Part shown: piece after piece, positions 53,103-64,000 of the stretch
Layout of the letters: each line of letters begins with the position of its first letter
Numbering within the stretch: position 1 is the first letter of the stretch
Assembly: GCA_913061315.1 (NCBI GenBank)
Contig: CAJXUC010000006.1
Span: 9,078 to 73,077, forward strand
Reading direction: 5' to 3'
DNA length: 64,000 nt
Source of the DNA: an uncultured Gammaproteobacteria bacterium
GTDB lineage: Bacteria > Pseudomonadota > Gammaproteobacteria > GCA-001735895
Translations under genes and position numbers: made by a program
The notes under the pieces: model-generated
Told to the model about the DNA's origin: nothing
Databases searched by the model: none
What the model saw: the letters and a program-made list of their open reading frames with translations, nothing else

Positions 53103-55243
53103 TGGGAATAAATCTAATGACATCAGCAGATGACAAAAATATCGTGCATAAGATACTCAAGGCTTCATTCGGCATTATCATGTTAATAATTCTCGTTGTT
53201 AATAGTGCCATTGGCCGAAGCTTGATAGGACTCGATTATACTATGTTGGCGGGTAATGCGGTGCAGCTCGTTTTTACTTTTGATGGCGCAGCGACAGAGC
53301 CTCAAACATTTACTATCGACCAACCGGCACAAATTTCACTCGACTTTGCCAACACCTCAAACAAACTACCCCAAAGGAATTTTGAGGTGGGTATCGGTAG
53401 CATGCAAAGCATTATTTCTGTAGCGACTAAGAATCGTACTCGAGTGGTACTAAACCTAACAAAGGAGGCAGCATTTTCAACAGAAGTTAGTGGTAATCAA
53501 ATGACTTTGACGCTGGCAGGCTCAAGTCAATTGAAAACTCAAAACGATAGAACCCAATCAAAACCTATTACTAACGTCAAAATGGCAGATTCGCCGATAG
53601 GCATTGCAAAAGGCATTACAAATATAGACTTTAAACGAGGCAAAAAGGGAGAAGGGCTAATTATAATCAACATGACCAACTCATCTATCAACACCGATGT
53701 TTGGCGTGAAAACAACCTGATATATGTTGAATTTGCTTCATCCCAATTACCAAAAGAATTACAACGACGCATGGAGGTTGGTGATTTCGCGACCCCTATT
53801 AGCCATATTGATACCATTCAAGATGGGTCAAATATCCAAATGACCATTGAATCAGATACTGACTTTGAACATTTAACTTACCAAACGGGCTTAATCTATA
53901 CCATCGAAGTTGCACCAATTTCGATTGCAGAAAAAGAAAGTAAGAAAAAAGATGAATTTGGTTTTACTGGTGAACGTTTATCACTCAACTTTCAGGATAT
54001 TGAGGTCCGCTCTGTTTTACAATTACTCGCAGATTTCACTGGCCTCAACCTAGTCGTCAGTGACTCGGTTACCGGTAGCCTAACGCTTCGACTGAAAAAT
54101 GTCCCGTGGGATCAGGCTATGGACATTATCCTAAAAACAAAAGGTTTATCACAACGCCGATCCGGTAACGTTATTTTAGTGGCACCTGCAGACGAAATAG
54201 CAGCCCGTGAAAAACTAGAGCTTGAGGCTAGAAAACAATCTGAAGATCTAGAACGGCTTCGAACTGAGTTTATTAAAGTCAACTATGCAAAAGCACAGGA
54301 GATGGCCGATTTACTCAAACAAAAAGACAACTCTATCCTATCCACCCGGGGCTCTGTCAGCGTTGATGTTCGAACCAACACTTTACTAGTGAAAGATATC
54401 AATTCAAGCCTAATCAGCGTTAGACGATTGTTAACCGAACTCGATATTCCCGTACGACAAGTACTAATCGAATCCAGAGTAGTCGTAGCTAACGACGATT
54501 TCAGTAAAGAGTTGGGCGCTAGGTTTGGAGTAACAAGTACTGACGCAAGCCCTACTTCAGGCTTAGGAGCCACAACTTCGGGGACACTGCCCGGTGTGGC
54601 AATCGCAGAAAATGGCCAATTTAGTCCAGGTGCAGGGGGATTAAATACGAACTTACCCGTTCAAAATGCTGCTGGCACTTTTGCCCTTGCCTTAGCTAAG
54701 TTACCATTAGGTACACTGCTAGAACTTGAATTATCAGCGGCTCAAATAGAAGGCAGAGGCGAAGTGGTGTCGAGTCCAAGAGTCATAACATCAGACTCTC
54801 ATACAGCCAGAATTGAGCAAGGCGTTGAAATTCCATTTTTCAGCGTTAGCGATGGGCAGGCAACTTTAAGCTTTAGAAAGGCGGTTCTGTCGTTAGAAGT
54901 TACACCTCAAATCACACCGGATGATCGAGTTCTTATGGATCTTGAAGTGCATCGAGATACTCAGGGCTCTTTAGTAACGTTTGGCACTGCTAACATTTCA
55001 GCACCGACCATTGATACTCGCCGAGTTCAATCTCAGCTGTTGGTGGATAACGGGCAAACCGTAGTTCTTGGAGGTATTTACGAAACAACCCAGACAAATT
55101 CTGTGACCAAAGTGCCCTTACTTGGTGATATACCTATATTGGGACAGTTATTTAGAACCACACGCAGTGTTGATAATCGATCGGAGTTACTTATTTTTGT
55201 AACACCTAAGATACTTCAAGGCGTTGATATCAACTTTCAGTAG
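53102..55243 (+). CDS. pilQ: Type IV pilus secretin PilQ (probable start at the Met at 53117)
   Basis: AMIN domains, secretin C-terminal domain (VPLLGDIPILGQLFR, ELLIFVTPKI). Confidence 0.9.
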   Translation: MGINLMTSADDKNIVHKILKASFGIIMLIILVVNSAIGRSLIGLDYTMLAGNAVQLVFTFDGAATEPQTFTIDQPAQISLDFANTSNKLPQRNFEVGIGSMQSIISVATKNRTRVVLNLTKEAAFSTEVSGNQMTLTLAGSSQLKTQNDRTQSKPITNVKMADSPIGIAKGITNIDFKRGKKGEGLIIINMTNSSINTDVWRENNLIYVEFASSQLPKELQRRMEVGDFATPISHIDTIQDGSNIQMTIESDTDFEHLTYQTGLIYTIEVAPISIAEKESKKKDEFGFTGERLSLNFQDIEVRSVLQLLADFTGLNLVVSDSVTGSLTLRLKNVPWDQAMDIILKTKGLSQRRSGNVILVAPADEIAAREKLELEARKQSEDLERLRTEFIKVNYAKAQEMADLLKQKDNSILSTRGSVSVDVRTNTLLVKDINSSLISVRRLLTELDIPVRQVLIESRVVVANDDFSKELGARFGVTSTDASPTSGLGATTSGTLPGVAIAENGQFSPGAGGLNTNLPVQNAAGTFALALAKLPLGTLLELELSAAQIEGRGEVVSSPRVITSDSHTARIEQGVEIPFFSVSDGQATLSFRKAVLSLEVTPQITPDDRVLMDLEVHRDTQGSLVTFGTANISAPTIDTRRVQSQLLVDNGQTVVLGGIYETTQTNSVTKVPLLGDIPILGQLFRTTRSVDNRSELLIFVTPKILQGVDINFQ

Positions 55244-55430
55244 TGTGGTCCTGATCGCATAATAAAAGCACCTTCAGTACTTTATTCACAATATCAGACA
55301 ATTAAATTCTCGGCTCATTAGATTCATTATTCAAACTTTTATTAGTACAATTTGATTAAAGTCGTAACAAAGCTGAAATTATTAACGCCTTAACATTAAT
55401 AATTCTAGCAACTTCTAGTATCATATCGGT

Positions 55431-55952
55431 ATGAATAATCGAAACATCATTCTTATCGGTCCAATGGGGTCAGGAAAATCGACTATCGGTCATATAATGG
55501 CCAAAAAACTCAATCGTGAATTTCAAGATAGCGATCATTACATCGAACATAAAACTGGCGTGGACATACCCCGAATTTTTGACGTTGAAGGAGAATGTGG
55601 GTTTAGAGACCGAGAAACACAAGCGCTGCAGGAACTGTTACAACTAAACAACCAAATCATTGCAACCGGCGGTGGCTCTGTAATACGAGAAGAAAACCAG
55701 ATGCTGTTAAAATCTAATGGCTTCGTCATATTTCTAGACACGTCAGTCAATCAACAAATGCATCGCCTGAGACGAGATAACAAAAGACCCTTACTACAAA
55801 CTGATAACCCGCGCCAGCGCCTTGAAAGTTTGCTTGAGATTCGACGTCCGATTTACCTTGATCTGGCCGACTTAATTGTCAAAACTGATAGACGGTTAGC
55901 GCGCAAACTGGCTAACGACATTATTACCCAATTACCTGAATCGCTGAATTAA
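55431..55952 (+). CDS. aroK: Shikimate kinase
   Basis: IILIGPMGSGKSTIG P-loop; 173 aa. Confidence 0.9.
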   Translation: MNNRNIILIGPMGSGKSTIGHIMAKKLNREFQDSDHYIEHKTGVDIPRIFDVEGECGFRDRETQALQELLQLNNQIIATGGGSVIREENQMLLKSNGFVIFLDTSVNQQMHRLRRDNKRPLLQTDNPRQRLESLLEIRRPIYLDLADLIVKTDRRLARKLANDIITQLPESLN

Positions 55953-55955
55953 TCT

Positions 55956-57044
55956 ATGGAACATAATCACACTCTAACGGTTGAACTTGGGGATAGAAGC
56001 TACCCTATATTTATTGGAAGTGGGCTACTTAGTCAACCAGAGCTACTCTGCCGATATGTTAAAGGAGGCACGGCGCTGATTGTCTCAAACACAACGATTG
56101 CACCACTCTATATAGAACAAATAAAAACCAATTTAGATAGCCAAAATATCCAACATGACTGCGTCATTCTAGAGGATGGTGAGCAATTCAAAACCCTTGA
56201 GGCAGTTCAGACAATAATCACTACGCTGCTTGAAAAAAAACACAATCGACAGACGACTCTTATTGCACTTGGTGGCGGTGTTGTTGGCGATATCACCGGC
56301 TTTGCAGCAAGCGTCTATCAACGTGGCGTTAATTTCATTCAAATTCCTACAACAACCTTATCTCAAGTTGACTCGTCAGTCGGCGGCAAAACAGGCGTCA
56401 ATCATATTTTGGGTAAAAACATGATAGGTGCTTTTCACCAACCTCAGTGCGTAATTGCCGATATATCTACACTAAGCACATTGCCTAATCGTGAGTTCAG
56501 TGCAGGATTGGCCGAAATTATTAAGTATGGATTAATTCATGACGCAAAATTTTTCAAGTGGTTAGAACAAAACATAAGCAAACTGATGGCCCGAGATAGC
56601 GACATAATTGCCCAAGCTATATTGGTCTCATGCCAAACCAAAGCCAATATCGTCTCCATAGATGAAAGAGAATCAGGCATTCGTGCCATACTTAACTTAG
56701 GGCATACCTTTGGCCATGCGATCGAGGCAACAATGGGTTATGGCAATTGGCTTCACGGTGAAGCAGTAGCAGCAGGCATGGTAATGGCTGTTGACCTATC
56801 TTGTCGCCAGCAATGGATCGATAACAGTTTAAAACAACGTACGATAGACTTGCTTAAAAATGCGAATCTACCGGTCACCTCCCCCACCAACATGACGGTC
56901 GACCAATATATGTCTGCGATGTCCATCGATAAAAAGGTAATCAATGGAACAATCCAATTTATATTACTAAAAGGATTAGGTGAAGCAATTGTTACCTCTG
57001 ACTACAACCCAGACTTTTTAAAGGCAACGCTCACCAACAGTTAA
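55956..57044 (+). CDS. aroB: 3-dehydroquinate synthase
   Basis: [25 protein letters not shown] motifs. Confidence 0.9.
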   Translation: MEHNHTLTVELGDRSYPIFIGSGLLSQPELLCRYVKGGTALIVSNTTIAPLYIEQIKTNLDSQNIQHDCVILEDGEQFKTLEAVQTIITTLLEKKHNRQTTLIALGGGVVGDITGFAASVYQRGVNFIQIPTTTLSQVDSSVGGKTGVNHILGKNMIGAFHQPQCVIADISTLSTLPNREFSAGLAEIIKYGLIHDAKFFKWLEQNISKLMARDSDIIAQAILVSCQTKANIVSIDERESGIRAILNLGHTFGHAIEATMGYGNWLHGEAVAAGMVMAVDLSCRQQWIDNSLKQRTIDLLKNANLPVTSPTNMTVDQYMSAMSIDKKVINGTIQFILLKGLGEAIVTSDYNPDFLKATLTNS

Positions 57045-57185
57045 TGCACCCTATGGGGGCGCCAAATTATCCATACCCTCTGTTGGCTATTTCCACTTTA
57101 AATAATTGAAGTTCAATGCGCTTCACGCGTATACTAATCGGTGAATTATTGACTCTTTTGCCGCACTGAGACAGGTATAAATTGA

Positions 57186-60100
57186 ATGAGTACAAACACC
57201 AAACTCAAAGGCCTTTACCATCCTAGTTTTGAAAAAGATAGTTGTGGTTTTGGTTTAATTGCCAACATCGACGACAAACCCAGCCACTGGCTCATAGAAA
57301 CATCGATAGCCGCCCTCGCTCGGCTCACTCATCGAGGTGCTGTGGCAGCCGATGGGAAATCTGGCGATGGCTGTGGCTTATTAATTAAAAAACCAGATTC
57401 GTTTCTTCGTCAAAAAGCAGCGGAACTTGGTATTAAATGTGATAAAGAATACGCCGTTGCAATGATCTTTCTCTCCCCTGATACTGAGGAAAAAACGATA
57501 TCTAAAGCTATTATCGAACAAAAAATAGCTGACCAAGGTTTAGATTTTGCTGGCTGGCGCGAAGTACCCACTGATTCTTCCGCCTGTGGCGAAGAATCCC
57601 TCAAATCTCAGCCTGCAATTTATCAAGCCTACATCAATGCAGCCCAACATCACACCAATGCTGAGTTTAACCGGTCGTTATATCTTGCACGTCGGGCTAT
57701 CGGTAAAGCACATGAGGCCCTAGAACAAAAAAGTATTAACGAACATTACTATGTGACGAGTATGTCATCGAGCGTCTTGTCTTATAAAGGACTCATTACG
57801 CCTGAAAATTTACCCATATTTTATCCAGACCTCAATGACGATTCGATGGAAAGTGCCATCTGTGTTTTCCACCAGCGATTTTCAACTAATACTTGGCCTC
57901 AATGGAAACTGGCTCAACCTTTTCGCTATTTGGCTCACAATGGCGAAATCAATACTATTCAAGGTAATCGGAACTGGGCCAATGCCCGCGCTTACAAATT
58001 TGATTCTGACTTACTGCCGGATGTCGACGCGATTAACCCACTAGTTAACATGTCCGGGTCAGACTCAAGCTCCATGGACAACATGCTCGACTTTCTTCTC
58101 ACTGGGGGTATGGATATTTTTCGCGCCATGCGCTTGTTAGTTCCACCAGCCTGGCAAAATGTAGATCATATGGATCCTGCACTTTCTGCTTTTTATGAAT
58201 ACAACTCAATGCATATGGAACCTTGGGATGGCCCCGCTGGCATCGTATTGACAGAGGGTCGTTATGCCTGTTGCGTTATGGACAGAAACGGCCTACGTCC
58301 AGCCCGCTGGGTAATGACTAAAGATCGTCATATTACGCTGGGTTCTGAAATTGGTATCTGGGACTACGCACCAGAGGATGTCATCGCTAAAGGTCGATTG
58401 AAGCCAGGTGAAATGATTGCCATTGACACCGAAACCAGTAAATTTTTATTATCAGCTGACATCGATAAAATGCTTCAGGAACGTAACCCCTATGAAATAT
58501 GGTTACGCAATGGTTTACAGCGTTTGACTGCCAACCCGGCTCATACCAATCTGTCTGCGTTAGCCATGAGCAAGGAAGTGCTTGCACGTTTAGAGAAACA
58601 ATTTCAAGTCAGCTACGAAGAGCGTGATCAAATACTCAAAGTATTGGCACAAGATTCCCAAGAAGCAACTGGTTCAATGGGTGACGACACACCGTTACCC
58701 GTTTTATCTAGGCACCATCGTTCGCTTTACGATAGTTTTCGTCAGCAGTTCGCACAGGTAACCAATCCGCCGATTGATCCGCTGCGTGAAAAGATCGTGA
58801 TGTCACTTGAAACCTGTATAGGTCGCGAACACAATTTGTTCAAAGAAGGACCTGAGCACGCGAATCGTTTAAAAACAAGTTCACCCATCTTATCCGAAAG
58901 GAAATATCTGGAGCTTTTATCAAAGCATAACGATGGCTACCCGAATGAAACAATTGATCTAAGTTATGATCCAGATGTAACCAACCTTAAACAAGCCATT
59001 AACGCTATTGCTGACCAAGCAGAACGAGCATCTCGACGGGGTATTGTTGTGCTCATATTAAGTGACAAAAATGTTCCAAAAAACCGATTGCCGGTACACG
59101 CTGCACTCGCCACTGGGGCCGTTCATCATAGGCTCTGTCATACGGGTGGCCGTTGCGACACCAATATCATTATTGAGACAGGCACCGCCAGAGACTCACA
59201 TCACATGGCCGTCTTAATCGGCTATGGTGCGACCGCAATCTATCCATACTTAGCGTATGCAAGCATCGTCGGCATGACCCGTAACGGTGAGCTACCCGAT
59301 TTGCAATGCCCCAATACTGGCACGAATTACCGCCGGGGTATCAACAAAGGTCTTTACAAAATCATATCAAAAATGGGAATTTCCACTATCTCTAGCTATC
59401 GTGGCGCTCAACTCTTCGAGATAGTTGGCATACACCACGAAGTTGTTGATATTTGTTTTAGAGGGACCATTTCACGCATTGAAGGCATTAAATTTGAAGA
59501 CATCGAGAATGACACAAAGGCCCTCAGTAAACTGGCCTGGAATCCACGTAAACTAGCCAGCCAAGGCGGGTTACTCAAATATGTGCATGATGGTGAATAC
59601 CACGCCTACAATCCAGACGTAGTCAATACACTGCAAAATGCCGTCAACGATGGTAATTACGATGACTGGAAGATCTATGCCAATACAGTCAACAATCGTA
59701 CCGCCACCGCACTCAGAGATTTACTCAAGTTACGACCACAAACGCCGATTGATCTTGAAAAGGTCGAGCCGTTAGAAGCCATACTGAATCGATTTGATTC
59801 TGCCGGTATGTCCCTTGGGGCGTTGTCACCCGAAGCCCATGAAACACTGGCACAAGCAATGAATCAATTGGGTGGGCGGTCGAATTCTGGCGAAGGTGGC
59901 GAGGACCCCGCCCGGTTTAAAGACGATCGAAACTCTAAAATCAAACAAATCGCATCGGGTCGATTTGGCGTCACACCTCATTACCTAGTCAACGCAGAAG
60001 TGCTTCAAATTAAAGTAGCACAAGGGGCAAAACCTGGCGAGGGCGGTCAGCTACCTGGCGATAAAGTAACCAAACTCATTGCCGAGTTAAGAAACTCAAA

Positions 60101-61670
60101 ACCAGGTATCACCCTGATATCACCGCCACCACATCATGATATCTATTCGATAGAAGATTTAGCCCAGCTGATCTTCGACTTGAAGCAAGTCAACCCGAAG
60201 GCACTCGTCTCAGTCAAGCTTGTTTCAGAAGCGGGTGTCGGAACCATCGCCGCGGGTGTTGCCAAATCCTATGCAGACTTAATTACCATCGCAGGCTATG
60301 ACGGTGGCACCGGAGCCAGTCCATTAACATCGGTCAAGTATGCTGGGGCACCGTGGGAGCTAGGTCTCACTGAAACACACCAAGTTTTGCGCGCCAATAA
60401 AATGCGTGACCGAGTTCGAGTACAAACCGACGGTGGTTTAAAAACCGGATTAGACGTTATCAAAGCAGCCATATTAGGTGCAGAAAGCTTTGGTTTTGGC
60501 ACAGGGCCCATGGTTGCCATGGGCTGTAAATACCTTCGTATTTGCCATCTCAACAATTGTGCTACCGGTGTGGCTACCCAAAATGTAACGTTAAGAAAGG
60601 TACACTTTGTTGGTAACGTTGAAAAAGTTAAAAACTACTTCCGGTTTATTGCGAGAGATGTACGAGAAATTATGGCGACTATTGGTATTGCCAAAATGGA
60701 AGATCTTATCGGCCGGACTGATTTGCTCGAAGCCATCGAAGGGACTACGCCAAGCCAAAGGAACCTAAATCTTGAACCACTCTTGTTTGATGGTGGCCTC
60801 GATCCTAACTTGCCGCAGTTTTGCACTCAAGCAAGCAACCAGCCTTTTGATAAAGGCGAATTAGCCGAACAGATGGTGATCGATTGTTTACCCACAATCC
60901 AAAAAGGCAGCGGGGGTGAATTTCATTACAAGGTGAAGAATATTCATCGATCTATTGGCGCCCGATTATCCGGTGAGATCGCCAGAGTGCATGGCAATCA
61001 CGGCATGTCAGATAATCCTATTCACTTAAATTTATCAGGTTCAGCCGGTCAAAGCTTTGGCGTTTGGAATGCCGGTGGACTCAACATGACACTCGAAGGT
61101 GATGCCAACGATTATGTTGGTAAAGGCATGGCGGGAGGCAAACTTGTTATTGCTCCACCCAAAAACAGTCACTTCAAAACGCAAGACTCAACCATCATTG
61201 GTAACACCTGCTTATACGGCGCAACGGGTGGCAAACTCCTTGCGGCAGGCTTAGCAGGAGAACGTTTTGCTGTCAGAAACTCAGGTGCTCACGCCATGGT
61301 CGAAGGTATTGGTGATCATGGCTGCGAATACATGACCGGGGGTATCGTGACTATTCTAGGCAATACTGGCCTCAATTTTGGTGCAGGTATGACAGGGGGA
61401 ATCGCTTATGTGCTTGATCTTGACCGAAACTTTATTGATCGAGTGAACAAAGAACTTATTGATATTCATCGTATTACTGACGAAAGCATGGAGAGTCATG
61501 GCGCCTACTTGGATGAAGCTATTCGAGAGTATGTTGCCGAAACAGGTAGTGAATGGGGCCAATATATACTCGAAAACTTCAATCACTTTAAGCGCAAAAT
61601 CTGGATGGTAAAACCAAAAGCGGCTGAATTTGATTCGTTGTCAGTTACGTTACAAAAAAATGCTAGCTAA
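57186..61670 (+). CDS. gltB: Glutamate synthase large (alpha) subunit
   Basis: N-terminal amidotransferase Cys (DSCGFG), FMN/3Fe-4S and GXGXG C-terminal domains; 1494 aa. Confidence 0.95.
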   Translation: MSTNTKLKGLYHPSFEKDSCGFGLIANIDDKPSHWLIETSIAALARLTHRGAVAADGKSGDGCGLLIKKPDSFLRQKAAELGIKCDKEYAVAMIFLSPDTEEKTISKAIIEQKIADQGLDFAGWREVPTDSSACGEESLKSQPAIYQAYINAAQHHTNAEFNRSLYLARRAIGKAHEALEQKSINEHYYVTSMSSSVLSYKGLITPENLPIFYPDLNDDSMESAICVFHQRFSTNTWPQWKLAQPFRYLAHNGEINTIQGNRNWANARAYKFDSDLLPDVDAINPLVNMSGSDSSSMDNMLDFLLTGGMDIFRAMRLLVPPAWQNVDHMDPALSAFYEYNSMHMEPWDGPAGIVLTEGRYACCVMDRNGLRPARWVMTKDRHITLGSEIGIWDYAPEDVIAKGRLKPGEMIAIDTETSKFLLSADIDKMLQERNPYEIWLRNGLQRLTANPAHTNLSALAMSKEVLARLEKQFQVSYEERDQILKVLAQDSQEATGSMGDDTPLPVLSRHHRSLYDSFRQQFAQVTNPPIDPLREKIVMSLETCIGREHNLFKEGPEHANRLKTSSPILSERKYLELLSKHNDGYPNETIDLSYDPDVTNLKQAINAIADQAERASRRGIVVLILSDKNVPKNRLPVHAALATGAVHHRLCHTGGRCDTNIIIETGTARDSHHMAVLIGYGATAIYPYLAYASIVGMTRNGELPDLQCPNTGTNYRRGINKGLYKIISKMGISTISSYRGAQLFEIVGIHHEVVDICFRGTISRIEGIKFEDIENDTKALSKLAWNPRKLASQGGLLKYVHDGEYHAYNPDVVNTLQNAVNDGNYDDWKIYANTVNNRTATALRDLLKLRPQTPIDLEKVEPLEAILNRFDSAGMSLGALSPEAHETLAQAMNQLGGRSNSGEGGEDPARFKDDRNSKIKQIASGRFGVTPHYLVNAEVLQIKVAQGAKPGEGGQLPGDKVTKLIAELRNSKPGITLISPPPHHDIYSIEDLAQLIFDLKQVNPKALVSVKLVSEAGVGTIAAGVAKSYADLITIAGYDGGTGASPLTSVKYAGAPWELGLTETHQVLRANKMRDRVRVQTDGGLKTGLDVIKAAILGAESFGFGTGPMVAMGCKYLRICHLNNCATGVATQNVTLRKVHFVGNVEKVKNYFRFIARDVREIMATIGIAKMEDLIGRTDLLEAIEGTTPSQRNLNLEPLLFDGGLDPNLPQFCTQASNQPFDKGELAEQMVIDCLPTIQKGSGGEFHYKVKNIHRSIGARLSGEIARVHGNHGMSDNPIHLNLSGSAGQSFGVWNAGGLNMTLEGDANDYVGKGMAGGKLVIAPPKNSHFKTQDSTIIGNTCLYGATGGKLLAAGLAGERFAVRNSGAHAMVEGIGDHGCEYMTGGIVTILGNTGLNFGAGMTGGIAYVLDLDRNFIDRVNKELIDIHRITDESMESHGAYLDEAIREYVAETGSEWGQYILENFNHFKRKIWMVKPKAAEFDSLSVTLQKNAS

Positions 61671-61692
61671 ATAAAGGATCTCACTTGAGCTA

Positions 61693-63411
61693 ATGGCTGG
61701 TAAAATTCCGCGCTTATTTATCGATGACTTACTCAATCGTGTTGATATTGTAGAAGTCATCGATACTCGTGTTCCCCTGAAAAAAAAGGGCAAGGAGTAC
61801 TGGGCCTGCTGCCCTTTTCATGGTGAAAAATCAGCATCCTTCTCAGTCAGCCAAAACAAGCAGTTTTATCACTGTTTTGGCTGTCAAATGTCCGGTAATG
61901 CCATCAGCTTTTTGATGGAATACGACCATATGGAATTTGTTGAAGCAATAGAAACACTCGCCCAGATAATGGGATTAGAGGTACCTTATGAACAAGGTCA
62001 GGCACCTTCGGCACCCACCCATAGTGTTGAACCGCTGTACGACTCTTTAGAACAATGTTCAAGTTACTTCCAATCTCAATTAAAACAAAACCCACTGGCC
62101 ATTGAATACCTCAAACAGCGCGGTATTAGTGGTGATATTGCGCGTGATTTCGCCATTGGCTTTGCTCCCAAAGGCTGGAACAACCTAACGGGCAACAAAA
62201 AAACACTGACTGAAGCTGGCATGTTAATAGAAAAAGACAACGGCCAGCCTTATGATCGTTTTCGTCATCGCTTAATGTTTCCCATCCGAGATCGCCGAGG
62301 CAGAACCATCGCCTTTGGTGGCCGTGTTATCGATCCAGAAGACAACCCTAAATATTTGAATTCACCAGAATCACCAGTGTTTCACAAAGGCAGTGAAATA
62401 TACGGTTTATTTGAGCTTAAAAAGGGATCGAATAATATCGATCATATTCTCATCACAGAGGGTTATATGGACGTCATTGGGCTCGCCCAGCACGGTGTCA
62501 AAACGGCAGTTGCTACTTTAGGTACTGCCATAAATAATGAACAAATAGAGAAACTATTCCGCAGCAGCAAATCATTAATTTTTTGTTTTGACGGTGACAA
62601 TGCAGGCAAGAAAGCAGCCTGGCGGTCACTTGAACAATGTTTGACCTCTTTAAAAGAAGGCCGTATCGCCCGCTTCTTGTTTTTACCCGAAGGGCACGAC
62701 CCAGATAGTTACATACAAGAGTTTGGGCAACAGGCCTATCTCGAAGAGGTTCAAAAAGCCACGACACTCAGTGAGTTTTTATTTGATACCTTGATAGCAG
62801 AATGTGACATTTCGTCCTCAGAAGGCAAGGCAATGCTACTCGACCGTTTAGATCCCTACGTCAAACAGATACCGTTACAAAGCCTAAAGGACCAAATACT
62901 GAGCAGAGCGGAAGGACTCACCTCAGATAAACACGAAGCTCGGCTTCAAAAATTGCTTTCGCGCAGCAATAATAATCACGAAACCAGAATCCTTGCACCC
63001 GAACAAACTTGGACACCGACTCGACTCGCCATCAATCTATTACTTCAAAAACCAGCCTTGGCCCAGGGCATAGGCAATCAATACGAACTTTCAGAAACCA
63101 AAATACCGGGTATTGACCTGTTACTCAAAATTCTAGATCGAATACAAGATGAGCCAGACATCAGTACACAAAATTTACTCCAACGATTTCAAGGTGATGC
63201 ACATGAATCTCATTTGTATCAGTTAGCTGCTATGCGACCTCAGGTAGAGGACGAAGCCAGTTTGAAAAAAATGTTTCAAGACTGCCTTAACCGTCTCCAG
63301 AAAGAATACATAAAATATCGAAGAAATCTTTTAATCAAAAAACTCCAGTCAGAGGGTGCTATTTCAGAGTCAGAGAAAACTGAACTGAAACAATTGTTCA
63401 CTATTCAGTAA
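61693..63411 (+). CDS. dnaG: DNA primase
   Basis: Zinc-binding CPFHGEKSASFSV...CFGC, TOPRIM (ITEGYMDVI), C-terminal DnaB-interaction domain. Confidence 0.9.
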   Translation: MAGKIPRLFIDDLLNRVDIVEVIDTRVPLKKKGKEYWACCPFHGEKSASFSVSQNKQFYHCFGCQMSGNAISFLMEYDHMEFVEAIETLAQIMGLEVPYEQGQAPSAPTHSVEPLYDSLEQCSSYFQSQLKQNPLAIEYLKQRGISGDIARDFAIGFAPKGWNNLTGNKKTLTEAGMLIEKDNGQPYDRFRHRLMFPIRDRRGRTIAFGGRVIDPEDNPKYLNSPESPVFHKGSEIYGLFELKKGSNNIDHILITEGYMDVIGLAQHGVKTAVATLGTAINNEQIEKLFRSSKSLIFCFDGDNAGKKAAWRSLEQCLTSLKEGRIARFLFLPEGHDPDSYIQEFGQQAYLEEVQKATTLSEFLFDTLIAECDISSSEGKAMLLDRLDPYVKQIPLQSLKDQILSRAEGLTSDKHEARLQKLLSRSNNNHETRILAPEQTWTPTRLAINLLLQKPALAQGIGNQYELSETKIPGIDLLLKILDRIQDEPDISTQNLLQRFQGDAHESHLYQLAAMRPQVEDEASLKKMFQDCLNRLQKEYIKYRRNLLIKKLQSEGAISESEKTELKQLFTIQ

Positions 63412-63508
63412 TTTGTCAACGTAAAACCCTCAAAAACCTTGAAAAATTGAGATAAGGTCTTATATACTGGCGGATTACGCTGTCCTATTCCATCATCGTC
63501 GAGGCACC

Positions 63509-64000
63509 ATGGATAAAGATCAACAATCACGTCTTAAAGAGCTCATAGCAAAAGGCAAAGAGCAAGGATTCTTGACCTATTCCGAGGTTAACGACCACCT
63601 GCCAGAAGGCATCGTAGAGCCTGAACAAATTGAAGATATCATCCGCATGATTAATGACATGGGTATTAAAGTCCATGAATCAGCGCCAGCAGAAAGCAAT
63701 GATATTTTAAACGACAACGAAACAGAGACAGATGAGGACGCCGCTGAAGAAGCCGCTGCCGCACTGGCCTCACTCGACAGTGAATTTGGTCGAACCACTG
63801 ACCCAGTCCGTATGTACATGCGTGAAATGGGTACGGTCGAGCTACTCACTCGTGAAGGCGAGATTAAAATTGCTCGACGCATTGAACACGGCCTAAACCA
63901 AGCCATGAGCTCACTCGCACGCTATCCCGACACCATGCGAATGATCATTGACAAATACAGCGCAGTGCGAGAAGAAGAAGCTAAGCTGACGGACGTACTG
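63509..64000 (+). CDS. rpoD: RNA polymerase sigma-70, 5'-partial in window (runs off the 3' end)
   Basis: MDKDQQSRLKELIAKGKEQGFLTYSEVNDHLPE followed by an acidic spacer and TDPVRMYMREMG (region 1.2); no stop in the window so absent from the ORF track. Confidence 0.9.
   Translation, partial: MDKDQQSRLKELIAKGKEQGFLTYSEVNDHLPEGIVEPEQIEDIIRMINDMGIKVHESAPAESNDILNDNETETDEDAAEEAAAALASLDSEFGRTTDPVRMYMREMGTVELLTREGEIKIARRIEHGLNQAMSSLARYPDTMRMIIDKYSAVREEEAKLTDVL

Noticed and set aside
63577-63906. 109-aa minus-strand ORF
   Set aside because: It lies inside the clearly recognisable rpoD N-terminal region (plus strand). It is an antisense artefact of the acidic-spacer codons.

Overview
This 64-kb window appears to come from an AT-rich (roughly 38-40% GC) marine-type gammaproteobacterial chromosome, and it is gene-dense and mostly housekeeping. 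I did not find a canonical defence island, CRISPR array, tRNA/rRNA or obvious mobile element. The novelty here is in rearrangements and small regulatory RNA/structure rather than a new multi-gene system. Genes by coordinate: (1) a TunR-like regulator divergent from a tungstate/molybdate ABC transporter tupBCA (101-3328); (2) an accessory-looking stretch (3.4-17 kb) with an AEC transporter, cupin, RluA-family pseudouridine synthase, DUF1294, a class III nucleotidyl cyclase with a periplasmic CXXCH heme-type sensor domain, a YhhQ queuosine-precursor transporter with a candidate preQ1-I riboswitch, pirin/DoxX/LysR, a MarR gene divergent from a Tat-signal nitroreductase-like gene whose 3' end is tandemly duplicated, and an orphan M15 peptidase; (3) a compact serC-serA-serB operon built from type-I (actinobacterial/Bacillus-like) SerA and SerC (17.4-21.3 kb); (4) DUF2132, DUF2058, rppH, DMT, UspE, SulP, yfhL, coaD, rsmD, ftsYEX-rpoH (21.6-33 kb); (5) an aa3-type cytochrome c oxidase cluster coxB-coxA-ctaG-coxC with SURF1, SCO and cyoE but no ctaA (33.2-40.9 kb); (6) bioH-bioC, plsY with no canonical start codon, tsaD, rpsU-yqeY (40.8-45 kb); (7) a 16.6-kb block gltD-hemE / mrcA / pilMNOPQ-aroK-aroB-gltB sitting between yqeY and dnaG-rpoD (45-64 kb). 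That block splits gltB from gltD and interrupts the conserved rpsU-dnaG-rpoD operon. All functional calls are from my own reading of the ORF translations (motifs, domain architecture, synteny); no database search was possible.
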